Below are positions 8,598 through 17,543 of a stretch of 64,000 nucleotides of DNA, piece after piece. The stretch covers positions 402,111-466,110 of the forward strand of contig CAZQXB010000001.1 in NCBI GenBank assembly GCA_964597575.1. The letters run 5' to 3'. The translations under genes were made by a program, and so were the position numbers. Each line of letters begins with the position of its first letter. Within the stretch, counting starts at the first letter, position 1. Origin of the DNA: an uncultured Gammaproteobacteria bacterium (GTDB lineage: Bacteria > Patescibacteriota > Patescibacteriia > Magasanikbacterales > UBA922). The notes beneath the pieces were generated by a model. That model had not been told where the DNA came from. It ran no database searches and saw only the letters and a list, made by a program, of their open reading frames with translations.

Positions 8598-9236
8598 TTG
8601 AAAAGAATGAGGCTTTATGCTAGTGCATGTGTATTCTTAGATCTATCTTCTATTTTGTTTATTATGAATAATAAAGGTTTGTACGTCATCATTGCGTTTC
8701 TTTTGGTCATCCTTTGCGTTGTTGGATATAAAGCATATTCTGTTTCTGATCGTACATTGTCTCCAAATGAGCAGTTCTTAAATCAAGAAAATAACCCATC
8801 AAATGAAAATAAAGGCAATACGCTTACTGATTCTCTCAAAAACAGTAAGGGTTATAGCGCTGGCGATACACGTGATATCTCTTCGTTATCTAGTTCGGAT
8901 ACGAGTAAAGAACTCGATATTGCATTGATCCAGGATGTTAAAACTATTCAAAATCAAAATATCTCTTATAAGTTTTATCGAGTTGGATTTGGCGATGCGC
9001 CTCCACACTATAGTAATGGACAAATTATCGTTGAAGTAACGACGAATCAAAAAGGTCCAAGTCGATGGTATTATTTTAATACTGATATTATTGATGCTGA
9101 TTCTATTGAATCACTCCTGTTTAGTGGTGAGGATGTGCGTATGTCTTGTAAAACAGGTAAACCAAATGGTACATGTTTATATACGATAAAATTTCAACCA
9201 GACTTGGAGATGTTAAAAATTTATAAAGTAAATTAG
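8598..9236 (+). CDS. hypothetical membrane-anchored secreted protein
   Basis: ORF; TM anchor LYVIIAFLLVILCVVGY; real start may be an internal Met near 8663. Confidence 0.4.
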   Translation: MKRMRLYASACVFLDLSSILFIMNNKGLYVIIAFLLVILCVVGYKAYSVSDRTLSPNEQFLNQENNPSNENKGNTLTDSLKNSKGYSAGDTRDISSLSSSDTSKELDIALIQDVKTIQNQNISYKFYRVGFGDAPPHYSNGQIIVEVTTNQKGPSRWYYFNTDIIDADSIESLLFSGEDVRMSCKTGKPNGTCLYTIKFQPDLEMLKIYKVN

Positions 9237-9378
9237 TAGACCTCCTTGACACTAAGGTTAAATTACGTTAGGATTTCGAGCGACCAAAAGGTCATCACAT
9301 GCGTGGTGATTTTTTGTTTACTCATTCCTGTTCTTGTGTTACTTTTAATTTGTAGAATAACAAAATTTTATTTTTCGT

Positions 9379-10119
9379 ATGTCAGAAGGTCCAAAACGTT
9401 TTGAGTTAGGCCAGATGTTTCTTCGAGAAACAAATAGTATTCCACAAGCAGACAAATGGTTAGAAAACAGGGCTGAATGGATGGTTGGGGCTGCTCAAAT
9501 CAAAAAATATTTGGCACCAAAAATTGAATTTCGTGACAGATTGGCTGGAGAGGTAGAAAAAGGAGTAAAGGTGTTAGCTATTGGTGCAGGAAAAGGACAT
9601 GAGCTTGATGAAATGGACAGCATTCTTCCTGGCTCAGAAATCATAGGTCTTGACCCCGATGATTTTTATTCTCGACCAGTAAAGCAAAAACTAGAAAAAA
9701 CTGCCCATAATGCGTCATATCTTCCAGAAACTATTCGTGCAGAAAATTTAGAGGGTGTAGAAAATGCTTCACTAGATGGTGTAACATTATTTTTTGTACT
9801 CCATCATATTGATGAACAAAAACACGGCGCTGTTTTAAAAGAAATTCATCGTGTTCTTAAGCCAGATGGAAAGGTGTTTATCGCTGAAGATTTGGTAGAT
9901 AACGATGAGGAAAGAAAAATAACCGAAAGAACGGATCGTATTTTGAATACTGAGTTATCAGGCAAGAATTCACATCATTACCGAAGTATTCCTGAGTGGA
10001 AAGTTTTTTTTCATACATACGGCTTTGAAATAATAGAGGTAAGCGAACAGAAGCCTGATAAAGTTCGCCATGGATTTTTTGTATTAGAAAAAGCAAACAT
10101 TTTACAAAATAATACATAG
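9379..10119 (+). CDS. class I SAM-dependent methyltransferase
   Basis: Motif I VLAIGAGKGHEL and post-I acidic residue; LKPDGKVFIAE motif. Confidence 0.55.
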   Translation: MSEGPKRFELGQMFLRETNSIPQADKWLENRAEWMVGAAQIKKYLAPKIEFRDRLAGEVEKGVKVLAIGAGKGHELDEMDSILPGSEIIGLDPDDFYSRPVKQKLEKTAHNASYLPETIRAENLEGVENASLDGVTLFFVLHHIDEQKHGAVLKEIHRVLKPDGKVFIAEDLVDNDEERKITERTDRILNTELSGKNSHHYRSIPEWKVFFHTYGFEIIEVSEQKPDKVRHGFFVLEKANILQNNT

Positions 10120-10174
10120 TCACGGTAGATTTATAATATAATCAACTAAGACGGGGAAGGTTTTTTTGTTTGTA

Positions 10175-10337
10175 GATATATAGTGAGTGCTAGTGTGGGG
10201 TAACTGGAGAAACATATGGAATATAAATTTATCCCTTCTCCTCACGAATAAAGTTCCGACCTCTTTACCAAGCTCTGCACCGAAAAACATGGCTATAACA
10301 AGCCATGTTTTTTGTATACCCGCGTGAGGAATCGAAC
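10175..10337. repeat. inter-cassette repeat copy D (full)
   Basis: Direct alignment to copies B and C. Confidence 0.75.
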
Positions 10338-10351
10338 TAAAATTAAAATGT

Positions 10352-11908
10352 TCACTCTACCTTAAACATGAACATCATGCCTGCTTCGAGATGTTCAGAA
10401 ATATGACAGTGCGCCATCCACGTGCCTAGGTTGGATGGGTCAAGTAATATATCAACTGTTGCTCCGGCCGGAACCATAACCGTATCTTTCCATGCGAGGT
10501 TTGTTTGCGCTACACCGTTCACTGACAGAACAAGAAAGCGCTGACCGTGAAAATGAATCGGGTGTTGCATGGGGTGTGGGGAATTTGGGTCATTATAGAT
10601 TTCAATGCGTACCGGCTTATCTTTTTTGAAAACCCAGTCTATGTCCATATTGGATTTGCCGGTTGCGCTGTCTATGATCTTCCATCTTGTTTCTTTCGTG
10701 GTTGCCATTCTGTTCATCATCTGTATCATGCCCCCCTCGTTTTCCCATTCAATACCATCATTTGACATCCCCATGTTCATGTCATTATGTGCACCTCCCG
10801 TTGACTGCATGTGCTCTGCCATCATGCCTGACAAGTCTACCGACAGTGTGAGTTTTTTATCTATAGCGTTGTGCATGTACGCACGAAATGGATCAATGCT
10901 TGCTTTCACCGCAGCGTTCTCTTGAAGAGTATTGAATTCTTTTGTGTACGAAGGCTCGGCAATATCCGTGCTGACAACGATATTCCCTAACGTTACAGGA
11001 CCGTTTGGAATGTTGTTTTGCAGTGCGTACGTTCCGGCCGTTGCAAACATCACATCCACAATCGCACGCTCCGAGGGGCCAAGAATAACACTATCTTGCC
11101 ACGTCGCTTTTTCATATGATCCATTGTCGCTGCCAAGCAGTTTCAGTTTTGTTCCGGCAATGGCTATTTTGAATGGACGAACATTTGCAGCATTAACAAG
11201 AGAGAGTCGTATCACCTCGTTTGTCTTTGCATCGAGCGTAAAGTGTTCCTGCCCATTGACGAGCATAGTTTGGCCATAATGGCCCATGAGCACCTGGTCA
11301 TTCCGTTCTTTGGTGAGTGCTATGTGGCCGCTCTTGGTCGGCAGGTCAGAAAGAAACAGCACGTGCTGGCTATGTGCGGGCGGATAGTAGGCCGTGTCTT
11401 TGGGTTCAACCACAAACGCACCATAAAGTCCAAGCGCCTGTTCGTACACCTCATGTGTGTGCGGATGGTACCAGAACACCCCAGCATCTGGAAAGGTAAG
11501 TGTGTAGGTAAAAGAACCCCCGGGCGGAATTTCCTCTTGCTGGAGTTGTGATCCATCAAAGGCATTGTCCATGCGCACGCCATGTGAATGAAGAAGTGCA
11601 GGTAAATCTGTGTCATTTTTGAAATTGATCGCCACCTCTGCGCCCTGCGTCACGTGAATTTCCGGTCCCGGGATCATACCATTATAGGCGAGCATGGTTT
11701 GCTTGTGTCCGCCGATGTCTTTCGTTACGTACGCCGCGGTTAAGGTGTAAGTGTCACCGTTTTTAAGATGAATGATCTCATGCGGTTTGGTCTCTTCCGG
11801 TTGCGGTTGAGGTTCTGGTGCAGTGTTTCGGGATGCGAGTATGATAGCACCGATAATGCCGACGATAGTGATTGTGGTAATGATGAGGAGTAGATTCTTA
11901 TAACGCAT
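10352..11908 (-). CDS. multicopper oxidase (CueO/CopA-type laccase-like), secreted
   Basis: C-terminal HCHISEHLEAGMMFMFKV type-1/trinuclear Cu signature; HSHG and WYHPH motifs; probable start at MRYKNLLLIITT signal anchor (the track ORF extends to 12043). Confidence 0.8.
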   Translation of the reverse strand: MRYKNLLLIITTITIVGIIGAIILASRNTAPEPQPQPEETKPHEIIHLKNGDTYTLTAAYVTKDIGGHKQTMLAYNGMIPGPEIHVTQGAEVAINFKNDTDLPALLHSHGVRMDNAFDGSQLQQEEIPPGGSFTYTLTFPDAGVFWYHPHTHEVYEQALGLYGAFVVEPKDTAYYPPAHSQHVLFLSDLPTKSGHIALTKERNDQVLMGHYGQTMLVNGQEHFTLDAKTNEVIRLSLVNAANVRPFKIAIAGTKLKLLGSDNGSYEKATWQDSVILGPSERAIVDVMFATAGTYALQNNIPNGPVTLGNIVVSTDIAEPSYTKEFNTLQENAAVKASIDPFRAYMHNAIDKKLTLSVDLSGMMAEHMQSTGGAHNDMNMGMSNDGIEWENEGGMIQMMNRMATTKETRWKIIDSATGKSNMDIDWVFKKDKPVRIEIYNDPNSPHPMQHPIHFHGQRFLVLSVNGVAQTNLAWKDTVMVPAGATVDILLDPSNLGTWMAHCHISEHLEAGMMFMFKVE

Positions 11909-12107
11909 ATGGATAGAGATTAATACCGATAAGTTATGTGGGTTACGATATGTTTTTTCTGCGGAGAAGCAGGGTGTTACAGACAAACCATTTTTCATAA
12001 AAATGGTGCCGGTAGTGCAGGTGGTTTTTAAATTATTGTACATGAACCACTAGGCTGTGCAAGATCGGCAGTATCTGGCAGATACCCAAGGTAGACGGAG
12101 AAATAAT

Positions 12108-12127
12108 ACCCGTGTGCCGAATTGAAC
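12108..12127. repeat. degenerate copy F of repeat 3' motif (acccgtgtgccgaattgaac)
   Basis: 15/20 identity to the conserved 3' motif, same orientation. Confidence 0.4.
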
Positions 12128-12152
12128 TGAAGTTACATCTTAAACACCGTTG

Positions 12153-12203
12153 TTGCACAGAAAAATGAGGAGGTGTACTATATCCCCTATAGGGGGATAT
12201 ACT
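12153..12203 (+). promoter_or_regulatory. csoR promoter (TTGCAC-17-TACTAT) overlapped by CsoR-type operator palindrome TATATCCCC-tatag-GGGGATATA
   Basis: Pseudo-palindrome with C4/G5 tracts flanked by AT arms resembles described CsoR operators; overlaps the -10 and transcription start. Confidence 0.55.
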
Positions 12204-12212
12204 GTTTACACT

Positions 12213-12479
12213 ATGTACAAACCGAAAACTGAAAAAGAGCGTATTTTGCACCGTTTTAAAATTTCCATGGGCCACATGAAAAAGGTTATTGCCATGGTCG
12301 AAAGCGGTGCGTATTGCATCGACATCATTCATCAATCGAAGGCTGTTCAGAAAGGGTTACGAGAAACGGATCAGGTAATTTTAGAAAACCATTTAAACAC
12401 CTGTGCTGCAAAAGCTATTCGTGAAGGTCGTGAGAAAAAAGCGATTGATGAAATTATGGCTATTATTAAAAAAACCTAG
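12213..12479 (+). CDS. csoR: CsoR/RcnR-family copper-sensing transcriptional repressor
   Basis: About 88 aa; conserved C...H...C ligands (SGAYCIDIIHQ..., HLNTCAAK); start moved downstream of the operator. Confidence 0.7.
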   Translation: MYKPKTEKERILHRFKISMGHMKKVIAMVESGAYCIDIIHQSKAVQKGLRETDQVILENHLNTCAAKAIREGREKKAIDEIMAIIKKT

Positions 12480-12480
12480 T

Positions 12481-14772
12481 ATGGAAACTACTCAAAATTT
12501 TAGAGTGAAGGGGATGCATTGTGCAAGCTGTGCGAATATTATTACTCGCACGCTTAAAAAGATTGAGGGTGTATCTTCGGTTGATGTGAATTATGGTACT
12601 GAGACTGCGAAGATTGCATATGACCACTCGAAAACGTCATCCGAACATTTGTCGGATGCTCTGAAGCCTTTAGGGTATTCGTTTGCGGCTGAAGCAAAAG
12701 CGATGAACATGTCGGAAGGTGAGCATGTCGCCCACCTTGGCCTTGATCAGTCAAGAAAAGAAAAGTTGTCTGAGCTGACGGGGTTTAAAACAAAGGTATT
12801 GTCGGTTATTCCGCTCGCGGCGTGTAGTATTTTCATCATGGCTTGGGATACACTGTCTCAGCTCGGTGTTGTTCCTGCTATGTCACCTGTCCTTACGGAA
12901 TTCTTTCATCACCTTCTTCCCATTTTTGCCACCTACACGTTATTTATTGTAGGCATACCATACCTCCTTGGGGTTTATCGCTTTTTTCGGTACGGGAAAG
13001 CGAATATGGATACCCTCATTGGAATTGGTACACTCGCCGCTTTTTTGTATAGTTTTGTCGTTACGGCTTTTGAAGACACGCTTCGTCCATTTTTGAATGT
13101 CGAACACAATTATTACGACGTGACTATCGTTGTCATTGCCTTTATAACTCTCGGAAAATATCTCGAAGCGAAATCAAAAATGAAAACAGGGGATGCGATT
13201 GAAAAACTTCTCAATCTTCAGGCAAAAAGCGCGCTTGTTATTCGTGATGGGTTGGAAGTCGAAGTGCCGATTCAAGAAGTTATGCGTGGTGAACTCATTA
13301 TCGTAAAGCCAGGGTCAAAAATTCCGGTAGACGGTGTCCTTACGGAGGGCTCATCATTTGTTGATGAGGCAATGGTTACAGGAGAGCCAGTGCCTGTGGA
13401 AAAACAGGCTGGAAACGCGGTTATTGCCGGAACCATAAATACGAACGGTACTTTTACGTTTAAGGCGACTAAGGTGGGCGGAGAAACAATGCTTGCTTCA
13501 ATTATCGCGATGGTTCAGGAGGCCGAAGGAAGTAGGGCTCCAATTCAGGCTCTTGCGGACAAGATCTCTGCGGTCTTTGTGCCAATTGTTATATCTCTTG
13601 CTGTTGTAACCTTTATCGCCTGGCTTATTTTTGGAATACCTTCACTTGGGTTTGCGCAGGCACTGTCAAGCGGCCTTCTGTCATTTGTGGGCATTCTTGT
13701 CATTGCGTGCCCATGTGCTTTAGGTTTAGCTACACCGACCGCAATTATTGTGGGAGTGGGTAAAGGGGCAACGAATGGAATTTTAATTAAAGATGCGGCA
13801 ACGCTTCAGAAGCTCCATACGGTTACAACGATAGTCGTTGATAAAACAGGTACTCTGACAAACGGAAAACCAGAATTGACATCGGTAGAGTCGCTTGGCG
13901 GTTTATCTCGGAACGAAATTATTTCTCTTTTGGCATCTTTGGAAAATAAATCTGAACACCCCATTGCACATGCCATAGTAACTCACGCAAAAAATAATAA
14001 CGTAGAAATACACAATGTCGAGAAATTTGAAACCATAAAAGGGAAGGGTGTTACGGGGTTTATTCAGGGAAAACAGTACTTTGCGGGAAATATACGATTT
14101 GTCGTCGAACTTGGTTTATCGGTCGACGAAAGCGCTCTGTTAAAAGCCGCTGCAGAAGGGAAAACACCGGTGATACTGGCCACAAAAAAAGAAGTGATTG
14201 CAGTGGTCATGGTTGCTGATGCTGTGAAATTTGAGGCGAAAGAGTCAATTCAGAAATTACATGCGCTTGGTTTGAAGGTTGTTATGCTGACAGGAGATAA
14301 CAAAAACACCGCCCGCTTTATTGGAGATCAATTGGGAATTGATGAGGTTGTGGCAGAGGTGTTACCTCAAGACAAGATGGCTAAAATTAAATCACTTCAA
14401 GCCGCAGGGCAAATCGTAGCGATGGCCGGGGATGGAATTAACGATGCTCCTGCCTTAGCGCAAGCAGATGTAGGAATTGCCATGGCGACCGGTACTGATG
14501 TGGCGATTGACTCAGCAGGAATTATTCTTTTAAACGGAGATATTTCAAAAGTAAGTAAAGCTATACATTTGTCCAAACAAACAATGCGAGGAATTAAACA
14601 AAACTTATTTTGGGCCTTTATCTATAATATTGTTGGTATTCCTCTCGCGAGTGGCATCTTCTTCCCAATATTTGGCTGGCTTATTAGCCCAGTGTTTGCA
14701 GGGGCAGCCATGGCGTTTAGTTCCGTATCTGTGGTTTTAAATTCTTTACGTTTAAAACGAAGCACCCTCTAA
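12481..14772 (+). CDS. copA: copper-translocating P1B-type ATPase
   Basis: N-terminal HMA GMHCASCAN; CPC transmembrane motif IACPCALGLATP; DKTGTLT phosphorylation site; GDGINDAP. Confidence 0.9.
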   Translation: METTQNFRVKGMHCASCANIITRTLKKIEGVSSVDVNYGTETAKIAYDHSKTSSEHLSDALKPLGYSFAAEAKAMNMSEGEHVAHLGLDQSRKEKLSELTGFKTKVLSVIPLAACSIFIMAWDTLSQLGVVPAMSPVLTEFFHHLLPIFATYTLFIVGIPYLLGVYRFFRYGKANMDTLIGIGTLAAFLYSFVVTAFEDTLRPFLNVEHNYYDVTIVVIAFITLGKYLEAKSKMKTGDAIEKLLNLQAKSALVIRDGLEVEVPIQEVMRGELIIVKPGSKIPVDGVLTEGSSFVDEAMVTGEPVPVEKQAGNAVIAGTINTNGTFTFKATKVGGETMLASIIAMVQEAEGSRAPIQALADKISAVFVPIVISLAVVTFIAWLIFGIPSLGFAQALSSGLLSFVGILVIACPCALGLATPTAIIVGVGKGATNGILIKDAATLQKLHTVTTIVVDKTGTLTNGKPELTSVESLGGLSRNEIISLLASLENKSEHPIAHAIVTHAKNNNVEIHNVEKFETIKGKGVTGFIQGKQYFAGNIRFVVELGLSVDESALLKAAAEGKTPVILATKKEVIAVVMVADAVKFEAKESIQKLHALGLKVVMLTGDNKNTARFIGDQLGIDEVVAEVLPQDKMAKIKSLQAAGQIVAMAGDGINDAPALAQADVGIAMATGTDVAIDSAGIILLNGDISKVSKAIHLSKQTMRGIKQNLFWAFIYNIVGIPLASGIFFPIFGWLISPVFAGAAMAFSSVSVVLNSLRLKRSTL

Positions 14773-14773
14773 T

Positions 14774-15766
14774 ATGAACAATACGAATCTCTTGATTATT
14801 TTTTTGACAGGGCTTATCACTGGCGGGCTTACATGCTTGGCGGTTCAAGGGGGCCTCCTCGCTAGCACTATTTCAGGGCGCGAACAAGAACGTCTTAAAG
14901 AAGGCGTGAAACATGGTAACGCAAAGCCCATTCTGTATTTTATTGTGGCCAAATTGATTGCCTATACGATTCTTGGTTTCATGCTCGGTTGGCTCGGTTC
15001 TTTCTTTGAACTTTCAGTTCGAACGCAATCACTCCTTCAGTTCGCGGTGGCATTCTTTATGATCGGCACGGCCCTCAATCTTTTACAGGTGCATCCGATT
15101 TTTCGATATTTTGTTATTCAGCCTCCAAGATTTTTGACGCGTCTCGTGCGTAATCAATCGAAGAGTGAAGATGCTTTTGCCCCAGCGCTCCTCGGTGCCT
15201 TTACTGTTTTTATACCATGCGGAACCACTCAAGCGATGATGGCCCTCGCTATTGCAACAGGCAAACCACTGTACGGAGCGGCGATTCTTTTCGCATTTAT
15301 TCTGGGGACTGCGCCACTCTTTTTCATCCTCGGATACTTTGCGACAAAGCTGGGGGATGCATACCAAAAAAAGTTTTTTAAGGTTGCGGCTGTGGCTATT
15401 ATTTTATTAGCGGCCTATAACGTAAAAGGAGCTTTCGTTTTAAGCGGAATTGATTTTACTTCTTCGGAAGTAAATCAGTCTGTCGTTTCAACTGCAGTAA
15501 GCGCTGAGCCGGAAATTACGATTTTACCGTCGGGATATAGTCCAAAGAATATATCCGTCAAAGCGGGGTCACAGGTAAAGCTTACGTTGATCAATAATGA
15601 TGCATACACTTGTGCGCAGGCTTTTACGATTCCAAAACTTGGTATCCAGCGAATTGTGGCCCCAGGTCAATCGGCCATAATAGAATTTACCGCTCCAGAT
15701 AAGCCAGGCAAGCTCATGTTTGCCTGTAGTATGGGGATGTATAAAGGAGTTATTAATGTATTGTAG
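14774..15766 (+). CDS. polytopic membrane protein fused to C-terminal cupredoxin-like domain (putative copper-handling protein)
   Basis: Six or seven hydrophobic helices; C-terminal beta-rich domain with ...YTCAQAF...FACSMGMYKG resembles single-domain cupredoxin ligand spacing. Confidence 0.4.
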   Translation: MNNTNLLIIFLTGLITGGLTCLAVQGGLLASTISGREQERLKEGVKHGNAKPILYFIVAKLIAYTILGFMLGWLGSFFELSVRTQSLLQFAVAFFMIGTALNLLQVHPIFRYFVIQPPRFLTRLVRNQSKSEDAFAPALLGAFTVFIPCGTTQAMMALAIATGKPLYGAAILFAFILGTAPLFFILGYFATKLGDAYQKKFFKVAAVAIILLAAYNVKGAFVLSGIDFTSSEVNQSVVSTAVSAEPEITILPSGYSPKNISVKAGSQVKLTLINNDAYTCAQAFTIPKLGIQRIVAPGQSAIIEFTAPDKPGKLMFACSMGMYKGVINVL

Positions 15767-15989
15767 TATGATTCAAAAAATGAAATTTAAAATTTCAGGG
15801 ATGCATTGTGCGAGTTGTGCCATGAATATTGATGGCGAACTTGAGGATACGGGGAAAGTTGTTTCGGTGAAAACAAGTTACCCGAAAACAGAAACAGTGG
15901 TAGAGTTTGACCCCACTACCATTTCCGAAGAAGAGATAAAAACGATTATCCAAAAAGGGGGGTACGTAGCTGAGAGGGTCGGTGAATAG
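15756..15989 (+). CDS. copZ: copper chaperone, HMA domain (CopZ-like)
   Basis: GMHCASCAMNI metal-binding motif; AAGGAG RBS 6 nt upstream of the ATG at 15756. Confidence 0.7.
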   Translation: MYCSMIQKMKFKISGMHCASCAMNIDGELEDTGKVVSVKTSYPKTETVVEFDPTTISEEEIKTIIQKGGYVAERVGE

Positions 15990-16464
15990 GTGTATATTAA
16001 AACCAACAATCTGCGTAATCGAGGAAGAGATGGAGAATGATTCCGGCAAAAAAGTATTTATATTTTTTGGAAAAAAGCCCAAAAAGGTACAGTGGAAAAA
16101 AATACCAGGAATGGAGGGGGTGAAAATTTATACTACACCGCAGTGGATCGTATATTGGGTCAGCAAGGAGGTGATCGAGGTCGATAAGATTCGATAAGAG
16201 TATTTGCAAAAGTGCTGATTTAAAAAGAAAGAGACGCTTTAAAACAGTGTGCTGGAGCCAGTAAAGGGCGCTAAGTAGTACCCCGTTAGAAATTGCATGC
16301 ACGATGAGATTTGGCATATATGTTTCTTCTGAAAATTAAGCTCAGTATAGCATGAGAACATATAAATCATGTTATGCTGTCGTTGTGTAAAAATCCGCTA
16401 TAAAACGGTATCCTTAACTTTGGGCCTTGTACTATTTAATGTATTCGTTATTCATATTTTATTT

Positions 16465-16872
16465 ATGTCTATGCAAAAGAATGCGTTCATGGTTGGTCTG
16501 GTATTGCTTGTGGTTGGGTTAGGGGTTGGGTACGGCTTTGGGGTTGGTAAATCAACGGTACGGCCAACAACGAGAAATACACACATGATGTCGGATGGAG
16601 AAAAAATGCACGATGATGACCGTGCGATGAGTATGTCTGCTATGATGATGGATATGAACGCTGAACTCAGAGGAAAAACAGGTGATGCATTCGATCGGGC
16701 ATTTCTTTCGGAGATGATTATTCATCATGAAGGGGCGGTGCAGATGGCAGAACAGGCTCTTTCCTATGCAAAACATCAGGAGATTAAAGATCTTGCTACC
16801 GCTATTATTTCTGCACAAAACAAAGAAGTTGCTTCTATGAAGTCATGGCAGAAGACTTGGTATAATCAGTAA
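16465..16872 (+). CDS. DUF305 family protein (ferritin-like four-helix bundle, copper-resistance associated)
   Basis: DAFDRAFLSEMIIHHEGAVQMA motif typical of DUF305; N-terminal TM/signal. Confidence 0.55.
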   Translation: MSMQKNAFMVGLVLLVVGLGVGYGFGVGKSTVRPTTRNTHMMSDGEKMHDDDRAMSMSAMMMDMNAELRGKTGDAFDRAFLSEMIIHHEGAVQMAEQALSYAKHQEIKDLATAIISAQNKEVASMKSWQKTWYNQ

Positions 16873-17108
16873 AATGGTTTTTACACAAGCAAGCGATCTT
16901 GTGAGATGTCGTTTGTCTTATGCCGTAAATTTTTAGCCCGATGATTTTTAAAAGTAGGGGTCAGTAATTTTTGGTTAAAGATCCGTACGTTTAAAATCAA
17001 TTAATTTGGGCCACCGTTGGTCAGTCTACCAACCCTGAGCAATTGTGTGGTAGACTTCCAGTGAAGTAGAGGTGTAATTTGTGGTAATTTTATTTCAATA
17101 AAAATTAT

Positions 17109-17465
17109 ATGGACAAAAAAATATATGAAGGCTCGTGTCATTGTGGTGCTGTACGTTTTACAGTAAACACCGATCTCGCGAACACTGTCACATGTAACTG
17201 CTCCATGTGTCACAGAGCGGGGTCTGTTCTTGCGTTTGTTCCTAAAAGTGAATTTACCCTTCTTTCGGGGGAAGACCATCTCACGAATTATAAATTTAAT
17301 AAGATGGTTATTGATCATCTTTTTTGTAATGTTTGCGGCATTAAACCATTTGGCCGTGGCAAGGACAAGGAGGGGAATGATACTGTTGCGGTGAATGTGC
17401 GCTGCTTAAAAGACGTGAATCTCAGTGAATTGAATTCTTTTGCGTACAATGGAAAAGAAACGTAG
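17109..17465 (+). CDS. GFA/CENP-V family (Mss4-like) zinc protein
   Basis: CHCGAVRF...CNCSMCHRAG Cys pattern of glutathione-dependent formaldehyde-activating enzyme family. Confidence 0.55.
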   Translation: MDKKIYEGSCHCGAVRFTVNTDLANTVTCNCSMCHRAGSVLAFVPKSEFTLLSGEDHLTNYKFNKMVIDHLFCNVCGIKPFGRGKDKEGNDTVAVNVRCLKDVNLSELNSFAYNGKET

Positions 17466-17543
17466 TTTTCGATACATTGTTTTTTATACAAAAAGTGCGC
17501 CACCTTAATAAAACAATTGACGAGTGTATAAAAATATTTCCGT

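Noticed and set aside
1486-10337. Inter-cassette repeats as integron attC sites
   Set aside because: The ends do not fit the R''(RYYYAAC)/R'(GTTRRRY) core sites: the right end is ...cgaac, whose complement GTTCGAT has C at the first R position. No intI-like gene or attI was recognised. Several cassettes carry multiple genes with their own promoters.
194-10337. Repeat as a tmRNA, complete tRNA or other known structured RNA gene
   Set aside because: Only the 3' half (T-arm/acceptor-like) is present. No D-arm or anticodon arm can be built from flanking sequence in any copy. The CCA/ACCA end is absent, and the sequence occurs in multiple copies.
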